From Lepidodermella squamata (Eukaryota > Animalia > Gastrotricha): DNA of 64,000 bases. The notes beneath the pieces are model-generated. The model did not search any database, was not told where the DNA came from, and worked only from the letters and a program-made list of their open reading frames with translations. A program made the position numbers and the translations under genes. This document shows, piece by piece, positions 52,901 through 64,000 of this stretch. The stretch is from NCBI GenBank assembly GCA_047495785.1, contig JBLDXI010000009.1, positions 372,001 through 436,000 on the forward strand, read 5' to 3'. The number at the start of each line of letters is the position of its first letter. Position 1 is the stretch's first letter.

Positions 52901-54105
52901 GGGCTGCTAAAAGTTAATGCAGCGCCGCTTTTCGCCCGAACCGTCATCTGCTTAGCAGTAACTTTGGCGTTGTACGCAACTCGAACGGCAGATGTTTCAT
53001 AATCGAACTTTTCAACGTTGAAACTACCATCAACGACAGAATCTTCCTCTGATTTAGTAGCCAGCTTCAAGCTGCCATCAGGGCAGATGAATCCAGCAGT
53101 CGAATCTTGCACGAATTGACTGGTTGAAATACTCAACAGGCCAGCCCATTTGAAAACCGATGACCGATTGTGAAAGACGTTCCTTACAGCTAAGGATCCT
53201 CCAAGTCGTATTGATAAATTAGCAGATGGCTCAATGACGAAATCGTTTGCGCTAAAATTATCGATCCTATCCCATAAAAGCTTCCCGGCAAGAGTTGCAC
53301 GACCGACTACAACGCCGGTAACATTACCAGACGACCAGTCGCTCCCAGGACGCAGGTCAAGATTTCCTTCAATGTTCAGATTTGCTGTCATCCCTTTAGC
53401 GGCATTTGGCTGTCTAGTTATGCTACCTGATTTTGACAAGATGAAATGTTGGCATTTTTTCACAACGAATTCCTCGCCGACAGCAATAACGCCGTCAATA
53501 TTCAAATCTTCAACACTTTCGAGTGAGGCTTTTTGGCATGAGATGCGCCCACCCTCAGAGATCTTTATCGATTCAGCCGATCCTATGACAAGTCCGGCAC
53601 AAGTTACAGCAGAATTCTTGAGAAGATGTGTAGGTCCTTCGCTTGAGATTAGATTTAATTTGTTAACAGCGCATGACGATACTTTTAAGGAGGGCGCTGA
53701 GACGGCGAGTCGACTCGAAGGTTCGTTCACAGCAGTTATATGTAAAATTAGAGGAGCCATCTTTGAGCATTCAATTAATAAGTTTAAAGGCGAGGCGCTT
53801 TTCGATTGTAAACACATTTGAACGGTATTCCCGTGTTTGTTTGCTGACCACGCTGCTTTACCCAGTAGTTCCAGCGATGAGTTTGCATAATGTAGTCCGC
53901 TGATAATCTGGCCATTTGCCGCATCGTCCAAATCTACATTGAACTCGGCGTCAATAGGAAAACCAAGTTGTTGCAGCTGAGAAAAGACGAGTTGCCGAGA
54001 GAAGTCGATCGATGCTCTTGAGGCAGATTTTTCGGCTGAATTTGGATTCGGTTCAAAGTTTGGTTTAGGAGGTGGCTTCGGGGGCCCATCTGATTTAGTA
54101 GCCAT
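46984..54105 (-). CDS. Giant filamentous-haemagglutinin/CdiA-like repeat protein (~2350 aa) with a central hydrophobic region
   Basis: 7056-nt uninterrupted exon 54105-47050, plus a probable 60-nt terminal intron and a GCC TAA exon. Beta-helix-like repeats 'IKNSGRLTADNL', 'VINDGNFES', 'LDNYYGRL', and 'GGDVLVNAAKGDVRLEA...KTWFG', 'LQSGQNITLSGAHLTSG'. The ORF is certain; the family call is from motif resemblance. Confidence 0.7.
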
Positions 54106-55007
54106 GACGTTTTTCAGCTTTGCTCTTGTAAATAATGGTTCTACAGAAGTAGGAATTTTATCTGTAATGACTCTGTAGATATCACGGCTGATGAGATTTC
54201 AAATGCATGATGATGAGTTATAGTTGAGAAATAATATGTGTCATCAAATTGCCAGCTGTGATGTGGGGGTACATATATAATGGTATGAATCAGTGCCTGG
54301 CTTATGACTGCTGTAGTTTTTTCATCGGTGTGTGTTGTTTGTTTCAGGTACTGCTGAGGCCGTGTGCTGCAATTCAAAAACATGTCCTTTTGCAAGGGCA
54401 ATGCATAGCATTATACAAAGTATATTGATGTTTGCCACGACCGCACCAACCAGGCTTATATGTATATCTGAGACGGAAAAAAGCACGTGAATAAAGTGCG
54501 TTATAAATGGCGGTGTTTCTCGATGAATCACCAAGACTTGGAACTTTGCCGCATTTTCGGGTGTTAGCCGCTCTCCATTATCTCAGTCTGATAGCGATAA
54601 GAGACGTGATTGAAAAAAAGATAAATTGAAAATTGATTCACATGCGATTCAGATTTCACTAATTCATGTTATTTATTTATCGTCGAGCTAGTTCCATTAC
54701 GCACTCCAGTCACTCTGTTGTTATATTTGGCGCGCTGGCAGGAAATTGTAGAAATGTAATTCGAATCAGAGCAAGTGCATTTCATGGCTATTTACTGGAG
54801 AGTTTAAACGAAATGCGAATTTAGGCTAAATAAGACTTCCGCCCCGAACTGTCAGCTGTGCATGAATAAATCGACCCTAATTCGGTAAACGACGCGATTT
54901 TGCCATGCGCTGTCAAATCTCAGTTGGATATAGTCAAATTGAGTTGGGCGGGCAGCTTTGTCTACCATTTCTGGAATTTAGAGCTGCGTTGGTGCGATAA
55001 GGAAAAT

Positions 55008-56522
55008 ATGCGATTCGCATTGCTAAGCTTTCTGCTATTTGTCAACATTCGTTCGGGTAAAGTTCAAAATGAAGTTGAACAATTGAATTTTAGTTTCACA
55101 CGTCATAGGAATACACGCTGCTTGCCCATCGCTGGACTACGAGGACGACGAAGTGGGAGAAGTGTGGTGGCGCAGTCCTGTTACCGGTTGGAAGCTGGTC
55201 GACAATGATAGAGACTTTTTCGCCGGTCAAAGCGGCCGCATCATCTGCGCGGACGGCCGCGGGAAAGAAGCTAGGTGCACCATCGCGTGGTCCGGCATGA
55301 GTTGGACTCCAGACGATATCACAACTTTCAAATGCTGCGATGGAGGTTAGCCCTATATAATCTGACTATAATCACACAATTAATATTATTTTTTTGCATG
55401 AAGTAAAATGCAGCAACGGAGGAGATTGTTGGCGCGGTATTTGTCGCTGCAAGTTCGGTTGGAGTGGTCCGAAATGCAAAAACTGTACGCTTACATTATC
55501 TTAATTGCCCACGTGATTACCATTCCTAACTCTGTTTCCACCGATGCTCAAACCTCAAACCTGAAAAATTACTTCAAAAAACCTTAATTTCAAAGTGGCA
55601 TTATAATAACGTGTTTGGTATGTCTTTTTTAGTTACCTGCTCTAGCGAATGCCTCAATGGCGGGAAATGTATCGCTCCGAAAACCTGCGAATGTCTCAAA
55701 GGGCAATGGGAAGGCCCATTTTGCAATAAGGGTAATTCGATTGTTTTCATGATTGACTAATCGATGACTATTATATTCGACCATTTGGCGCAGCTATTTG
55801 TATACCCGAGTGCCTGAAAGGTTCGTGTACTGCACCCGGAACCTGCACATGTGACCCCGGTTGGACGGGCGCAACATGTGAAACTCGTGAGTTGACTTTA
55901 TTTATTGCTTGCTTCAATTTTTTTAAGCTAATCAACTGAAATAGCGATATGTTCTCCGCAATGCGATAATGGTGGCCTTTGCACAAGTCCGGACGTTTGC
56001 GAGTGTCAGCGTCAAGAAAATGTTGCTCATTATGAAGGTCCTCTTTGCGAGAAACGTGAGTCCAATTTCCTAAAGAATCAATCAAAATTGCCTTGCTTGG
56101 TAATTTTCAGGGGTCTGCACCCCAGCCTGTGGCAATGACTCGTATTGCGACTCAAATTTCAAATGCAGTTGCTCGCAAGATTCATACGCTCCGTGCCAAA
56201 AAGGTTACATTAAAATTGTCATATTGAAAGTTTCCTATTTCTTAAAATATTTAGAAAGACGAGATGAAGGCGACGCTGACGTGACGAATTCTAGTCCAAC
56301 ATCAATAATAAGCAAAAATCAAAACATCTCAGACGCGCCGAGTAAAATTTACTCATCCTATTTCAATATAATCGATCTGAAATATAAGTAAATGTTGTAG
56401 GCTTCACGACTTTGTCACAATCAGCGCCGATTATCGATTCGCCAAGATATCTATGGTTCCTCTTGGTGGCCGTTGCAACAAGGGCCGATCTACTTCATTT
56501 TCCGAAATCTTCCTCCATCTGA
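55008..56522 (+). CDS. Secreted/anchored sushi-like + ~5 EGF protein without SEA (cluster gene B)
   Basis: Signal '[12 protein letters not shown]', head 'CPSL...[12 protein letters not shown]...IICADGR...C...W...ITTFKCC', EGF exons, hydrophobic C-terminus '[10 protein letters not shown]'. Confidence 0.78.
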
Positions 56523-56820
56523 CTTTTATTATGACATGAAAACCTGTTGTGCAAAATTATGCCACAGTCTAAAAAGTAAAAGCCATTTCCGTGTGAAGAT
56601 TGAGATAAAACGTTAAGCAAGCTGGAGTCGATAAAAAACTCAAAATCTTGCATCATCAAAAGTAAGAGGCTTCAAGCAAGAAAGAATCTAATTTAATTGA
56701 ACGCAAGAGAGTTGGGTGTGGCGCCGCAACTACCAATTATTTACTTATCAATTCAAACATTCGAGAAAGATTTTCGTCGCGGGGTTATTGCAGCATTTTT
56801 TTACCTTTTGCGGCGATAGA

Positions 56821-59800
56821 ATGATTGCACCAATGAACTACGGCTCACTACTAATTTTAGCGATCGCACTTTTACCAGGTAACAATCTCAGCTGGTTGAA
56901 GTTGAATTGAACAGTATAACAGCGAAACTTTTTGTAAGATATTAGCGATAGCTGCAGTGTACTTGATTGGCAAAATGACCAGGTCGGAGTGATATGGTGG
57001 AAATCTCCAGTTACAAGTTACGCGCTTGTCGATAATAGCAATGCATGGAAATACACGCAAACCGCAAAAATAGTGTGTGAAGATGGGCGCTACAAAGAAT
57101 CTTACTGTGGTTGGTCAGACTGGGATGATACCTCCATAACAACATTCAAATGCTGCAACGCAGGTATTTTCATAATTCAAACGCCTATAATTAGTTAGGT
57201 TGCATCAGCTATGTCTCTGTTTTAAGGAATCAACTGCGGGCAATACGGCACCTGCTGGAGAGGCATCTGTAAATGCCAAGCTGGATGGAGCGGCGCGACG
57301 TGCGATCAAGGTATTAGCGGACGAATTATTTGACAATTACTCAATTAGTATCAAGCACAATCATTTTTAAAATTGGCAATTGATTTATTCTGCTACTTCA
57401 GTCAGCTGCACTCCGAATTGTCAAAATGGAGGTAAATGCAATGTGCCCGATAAGTGTTCCTGTAGCAGTAATTATACTGGTCTTTCTTGCGAAACACGTA
57501 AGGCTTATAGAAAACAGCTGAGTAGGAAGTGTACATTTGAATGCATTAATGCAGCTATATGCAATCCGCCTTGCGTCAACGGAGTTTGTTCTAGGCCTGA
57601 TGCCCCCTGTACCTGCGATTCAAAGAACGGGCGAGCGCAATGGTCAGGGCAAACTTGCAATACGCGTAAATTTCAGCTTACCATGGACCATGCATTTGAA
57701 GAAAAATTTGAATTTTTTTATCGACTGCAGCAATTTGCAACTCACCTTGCCAAAATGGAGGTCAGTGCGTCGGACCCGACAAGTGCTCGTGCAGTGCTGG
57801 CTGGACGGGATCTTTTTGCGAAACAGGTATGTAGATCGAAGCACATTTTTAGCATAAGCATTTTAGCCTAAATGCAATCACCCAGCCGTATGCGAACTTG
57901 GCTGCATCAATGGGGATTGCCTGTCTCCTAACAACTGTACATGCAACACGGTGCAGCAACCACCTGGCTGGACTGGTGTCGCCTGTGATGAACGTAAGTT
58001 GGCAACAATGATTGTCACAATATTTTTAAATGATTTCGTTCAGCGATTTGCTTGCAATCTTGCGTCAACGGTGTTTGTTCTTCGCCGGGTACCTGTAGCT
58101 GCAATGCTGTGGGTGGACAAGCGCAGTGGTTAGGCGACACTTGTGAAACGCGTAAGTTTCACATTGGAGTGAAACAGGTGAAGAATTTATCATTATCACA
58201 GCTATTTGTTCTCCTTCCTGTCAAAATGGCGGGCAGTGCGTCGCACCCGACACGTGCTCATGCAGTAGCGGCTGGACTGGATCTTCTTGCGAAACAGGTC
58301 AGCTGATAATGAAGCTCATAGGAAGAAATTGAAACTCTGAATGCATTCATTCAGCCATATGCGAACCTGCTTGCGTTCATGGTACGTGTGATTCGCCTAA
58401 CAATTGCACCTGCGAAACTCCGGGTTGGAGCGGTGCCGCCTGTGACACACGTAAGTCTCAGATTAGTTAGGTCATCATTCACTCAGCACTTTCTTCCAGC
58501 GATATGTGCGCCAGATTGCAAGAATGGCGGCAATTGTACCCAGCCAAACGAATGTACTTGCCCGAAAATTGCTAATATTTCAAACTGGGAAGGAGAGCTG
58601 TGTGAAATTCGTAAGTCTGAGGTCTTAGTTACTAGTACTTCAACTAATGGCTTCTGGTATAGCCGTCTGCGACCCACCTTGTTTGAACGGGGGATCTTGC
58701 GAAGCCAACTTTAAATGCAAATGCCCTTCAAATTTGCAAGGAGCAGTTTGCAATATTCGTGAGTTGATGGCGATAGGTTATATATTCCTCAAATTGAATA
58801 AATTTTTTAGCGCTAATACCGGACATGGCGAGTTCGAGCAATGTACAGCCTCAAGTGAACTCTTATCGTGAGCCATCATCCTACTTTTTTATCAAGCTTC
58901 GAAATTTCTGCTCGGATTGTCGCAGGTATATCGGGGCAGCTGAAAGTTTCAAGTGACATCACTCTGATTCCGGACTCTCTCAGCAACACTACTCTGAAAA
59001 TTGTCGACCAATCAACTTGGGATAATGATTTGAATTTTACTAATACAACCACATTTAAACGTGCGGTTCTTCTATACCAGCGATTGGTAAAAGTTAAAAT
59101 GAAAATTGGAATTGAACTCTAAATGTATTTTTTGCAGATTACAAAAGTCCTGTCCTTCGCCGGGTATGGTGTGGGGACAATTTCTATAACTCGTTTCGAG
59201 CCAAGCACCGTTGCAAGCTATGACGCTGAATTCTTTTCTTGGAACACTTCGTTGTCAAGTGCCGACATCTCCTCGGCCTTGTTATCTGCGGCTACTGTCA
59301 TGTCATCCGGCGAGGACGTGAGTGGCTTCACAGAAAACCTGATCTTAGAATCGGTTAACGCAACCGACATGACGAGAGGCGGCGTGAAAGCTGTCGGTGC
59401 CCTTCCTCCTGGTTCGCAATATTCTGTAGCCCAAACCACGCTATCAGGGATTTTCAGAGTCGACGATAATGTTTCCCTTGACAACATGACCGTTGTATCA
59501 AGCTCTAGCTGGCCGAACGATCTCAACGATCCAAATAGCGAACTGTTCAAAAGATTGGTTAAAATATTTCAGCCAATCGTAAGCTTTCATGCATTGCGCG
59601 AAATCCGTAAAACTCTGATCAACATTTTTCAGATTGAAGCAATTTACCGAGAAGCTGGTTACACCGATTTCACGGTCAAAATAACTGGATTTCGACCTGG
59701 GTCAATAATAGCAGATTATGCGGTAGCGCTTCGAAGTCTAACCCAGCTGACAGAGGATGAAATTGAGAAGAAGGTAGAAGCAGCGCGATCGGTCCTAGAG

Positions 59801-60055
59801 CGAAAGAACGCTTTGCCTAACGGTGAGCAAGTATCACCCGCAACAATTTCCGCAGCGAACATACTAGCCGTAAGAACGAATATAGCAGCGCTGAAGGTTC
59901 CTATTCCTGCTTCGGAAAATGGACCGAATAATGACGGCAAATCGAATAACGGTGATAAACCACAGGGCACGAAAGAAAACACGAGCAACGGGTCGCCGGA
60001 GTCGCATTTTGCTTATGGTTTCATTCTTTTCATTGTAGTTTTCTGTCTCTGGTAG
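56821..60055 (+). CDS. Secreted/anchored sushi-like + ~10 EGF + 2x SEA protein (cluster gene C)
   Basis: Signal 'LLILAIALLP', head 'GVIWWKSPVT...IVCEDGR...ITTFKCC', EGF exons, SEA region closely similar to gene A, tail 'FAYGFILFIVVFCLW*'. Confidence 0.82.
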
Positions 60056-60418
60056 CTAAATCTCCTCCGCCTGAAAAATCTGTCCGCTTTGTTTTCAGCC
60101 AGGCGGGATTCATTTATATTTGTTCACTACTAACGATGTGCAAAAATAAATGCGAATTTTTGAAAAAAATTTGCGAGGTGTCTGCAAACATGGAAATCGC
60201 GAAGAACAGGTAACGATAAGTAAACAAATAAAGTCACCTGATGGGTAAAGGAAAACAATTAGTATTTATGAGTCACTGAGTGAGGTAAAATGCACTCGTG
60301 GTCATGCCAAAATAAGGTCATAACAAAAAAATGGCCCAAGTCATAACTAAGCAATAGGTTCTAAAAATAATGTGATGACGGCTAAATTCCAAGGTGACCT
60401 AATATAGCACTATCGGTT

Positions 60419-63400
60419 ATGAGAATATTCAAGTTTCTGTCATCGCAGTGGATTGAGAAAGCGTTGATCACCCTGGTAATAATAGGTAAAGATCCACCCT
60501 AGATTTCATGAATGTCATTTCAAGAACTGTTAACTATTACCCAGCATTCGGGAATGAATTCTTCGCAACATGCTTATATTCTGAGTGCGAAAGCTTTACA
60601 GCTAACGATACTATCGGGTCGCTTTACACGCGAAATGTTAATTTCTCCCATCACTGGCGGCTGGTACCGACGGGAAGACAGGTGTCAGAGGGCCGAATCA
60701 GAATTATGTGTGCGGATAAAAAGCTGTCACCCGAATCTATTTGCGTTATAAAGCACGGGTTCGAACAAGCCGAATGGTACCCGACGACAATTTTCAACTT
60801 CAGCTGCTGCCAATCTGGTATTTAATGCTTTCTGCTATATCTTCCTTGCTGCAGAAATTCTGTCTATAGTAAAATGCAACTCCCTCAGCTATTGCAGCAA
60901 AGGCCGTTGCAAGTGTATCGATGGATTCTACGGGCCAGACTGCTCGCTGAAAAGTTTTTTCGTTTATTGAATATCGCGATTGCAATTCATTTCTTTAACT
61001 TCTAGTTCCAACTTGCGTGAATGTCACATGCTTGAATGGCGGCTCATGCATCGCCGACGAGGTATGCGCTTGTACCGAAGGTTGGTCTGGGCCCGAGTGC
61101 GAGACAGAGATAAATCCGACTGGCTGGAGTATGATGAACGAATACTCTTTCAGCCGGCCTTTAAACACAGGCAATACTTAATGATCTCTCTCGCCTATTG
61201 GCTCATCTTTTTACATAAATATAGAAAACTGGGATATATCGGAGATTTTCGACTTGAAAACCAAGCGGGCGGTCTCCTTGATTTCCATGTGGTGTAAAAC
61301 GGTACTCATGGCTTTAAAAAATAGTTATTGACTTCCGATTTTTGGCTACCCAGGCTGTTTTGAATCCATCTTGGATTCAAATAAAGGTGAACTTTACCGT
61401 GGCTGACAAATCAATCGCTTATAATGAATTGGTGCAAGTTGGGATATTTCTAACAACAGAAGATGCCATTCAACACCGACCGAAAGGTATTTCCCAGATT
61501 TGTCACAGCATTTGTTCACACCATTTTTGCTAGAAAATGCGACATCATTCGCAGTGGATTCCACTCAGTTCAAGGGATTGGCGTTTTTTCTTGAAGGTGG
61601 ACGAAATTACACCATGCTTTATGCCACAACAGCTTCAACGATGGACTCTTACGGAACTACAACCTTCGCGCCATATGCGACTCTTCCGATCAGTGAAGAA
61701 TGCTCTCGGCAAAATATCAGTTTGGGTACCTCGTTCATGCTTCAAATTCGGCTGTACGATCGCGTGCTAACCGTAAAAGAATCAATATTGGACAAGCTAA
61801 TATAATGAAACCAATGTTTTACAGCTCTTTTACTATCCCAGCCCTTACGTCAGTCGGAGATGTATGGTAAATTACGAAATACCCGAGGACGATGTCTTCA
61901 CGGGTCCTTACTACTTTGTAATCAGTGGCCGTAAAGACGCGACTAGTAAGGCCGTGAAAGTCGATTCCATCGAGTCTTACCTTGGCCCACGTTCGAAACA
62001 AGAGCTGCCAGTTTGCCCAGCATCCAAATTGCACAACAATATGTTAGTCGCATCGGCTCTACAAGTTGAAAGAGGCGAAGCAATGGATGTTCGGTGTCCT
62101 GTCAATTACGAAGCAATATCAAGCCTGCGCAGTAAGGATACTCGGATGAAGGACATAAAAACGGCGCGAGTAAAGTGTACCGGCTTTAATAACGGCAGCT
62201 TTGATGCTGGAATCACCTGCGAGTCTAACCCAGTCGAATGTGATCCGCCCTGCCAAAACGGCGGCGTTTGCTTGGCTTTCGGCAAGCGATCGACTGACTT
62301 CATCTGCCAATGTACCTCGTCCAAATTTCAGCAACCAGATTGCTCTTTCGACAGCTCCTATCTTCCGCTTCAAACGGCGCTGTTCCTACCCCTCTCATTA
62401 AATACCATGTTCGTGACCAATGACAATGCTGAGACGTTCACTTTTATTGACAAATCAGGCGGCGGGAATGTGTACTATACTCGGCTCTCGAGTAATACCT
62501 ACTACACTTTTGATAGGACATTGGTTTCAAAGGACGGTAGGCCAGTCGAAACTGTAACAACTGTATTCACTGGAATTGCCGAGTCGATGCTAAGCGTTGT
62601 TTTCAGTCAGCCACGGCAAAATACAGCAAATAATATCAAAACCACCACATTTGTGTTTTATTTGTTGGTTAATTCTTCAACGGCCGACGAAAAAGGTCTA
62701 TCAATTCCGATCTTGTCGTGGTCAAATGCCGATGATGCCTCAATGGCGACGCTCGTATGGCTCGACTATTCAGGTTACATATCCTTCAGCTTCATCCAAG
62801 CTGATGGCAAGCGTGTTGAATTGAAGAGCCGGCTCGAAATAGACTGCTCAGAATGGACTATGATAGCAATGACATTTGAGCGGAATAGAATCAAGCTAAC
62901 AGTTCCTTATCTCGGCACAATGGAGTTGTTTCAGAATGGCCCCGGGGTACTGCCAACTGAAGTTTATGGCGCCGAGTCGATAACTCTGGGCTACTCCTTA
63001 GTCTTTGATAACTTTACGGATGTTGATCAGTCTCTACGCTTCTCGATCGTCTGTTTCGGAGTGGTCGAGCACCTAATGACTGCAAATGAGTTGACCCGGT
63101 ACGCTGATATTTGTCGGTTCAATCATGGGGGAAGTGCCTTGAAATTTGGCCCTACTGTAGCCTCGACACCTCAGAAGAAAGTTAACGGATCGGACCATGA
63201 ACACGTCAATACGGAAGTTTACAAAGCTGTAAATAACACCGCTTATGGCAGCGATGTAATTCCTATCACTGAGGACGAAAAAACTAGAACCGAGGACATT
63301 TTGGGTGAATAATTTCGCCAATAATTTTCCGGATAATCTAATTTTTTTCATCTTCAGCTCTTGTGGGATATCTTCGTATAGAGGGGGTGATCAAAACTAA

Positions 63401-63983
63401 AAAGGAAGAGCTTGTTACGGATTGGAAAATATGGCCGCGCCAATTGAATGACCTAAATTCGGTCTTGGCAGACAAATACGAGGGAGCGATCTATCCTTCC
63501 GTAAGAGTTTTCCTAATCAGTCACATGTTTTCATCTTTTAAATTTCATAGTTGAAAGAAATCATCCGAACAGCCGGTTTTGGGCGCATACCCGTTGAAAT
63601 AACGGGTTTTCGAGCCGGTCTTATAGTCGATTTTCGCGTGTTCACTAAAGGTGAATACTTCCATCCGTCTCAGCTTGAGGACATTGACTTCGTGATTCGT
63701 AACGTCACTCGAGCTTTGTCAAATACAAAGACAGAGGCAGATCGCTGGCCACAGGTGACTGATATCAGAATTACAAAAATCATCTACGTCGAACGCCACC
63801 AGTTTCACCATGCCGAACAACGAGGTTTTTCATATAAAATGACTTACTCATTTTGGAATGAATAATCAATCAATTTGTTTACCATATTTTACAGTCTCTA
63901 ACGGCACCAGTGTCCGAAATTCATTATTTTGGTTGCTTTTTATATCAGTTGCAAATCGAATATTCGCCCCAGCAATTTGTTGA
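60419..63983 (+). CDS. Secreted/anchored sushi-like + EGF + LamG/pentraxin-like + SEA protein (cluster gene D)
   Basis: Head 'RIRIMCADK...C...W...TTIFNFSCC', EGFs ('CDPPCQNGGVC'), LamG-like 'EWTMIAMTF...ITLG', SEA-like 'VEITGFRAGLIVDF', hydrophobic end 'LFWLLFISVA'. Confidence 0.72.
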
Positions 63984-64000
63984 GCTGATTTAATAAACGT

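Overview
This is compact invertebrate-type (metazoan) genomic DNA with mostly 45-70 nt GT-AG introns, so the six-frame ORFs are mainly exon fragments. From left to right it holds: (1) a spliced Helitron-type Rep/helicase gene (minus strand, running off the left edge), whose leader is joined to the rest by a 2A/StopGo-like motif DIESNPG|P that is completed only by splicing; (2) a decayed non-LTR retrotransposon; (3) a same-strand run of SNAP29, TBCCD1 (with a nested antisense gene), THUMPD1, Mpv17-like (with a 2.8-kb TAA-flanked Harbinger-like insertion), a PKG-like pseudokinase (pogo relic in its intron), and second SNAP29 and Mpv17-like copies; (4) a SERT-like SLC6 transporter with a remodelled Na1/Cl site and one uncharacterised gene; (5) four tandem secreted sushi-like/EGF(/SEA) surface-protein genes, interrupted by a GH3-domain gene and a ~2350-aa almost intronless gene resembling bacterial filamentous haemagglutinin/CdiA exoproteins. 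All gene models and family calls were made by eye from remembered motifs; no database searches were run.
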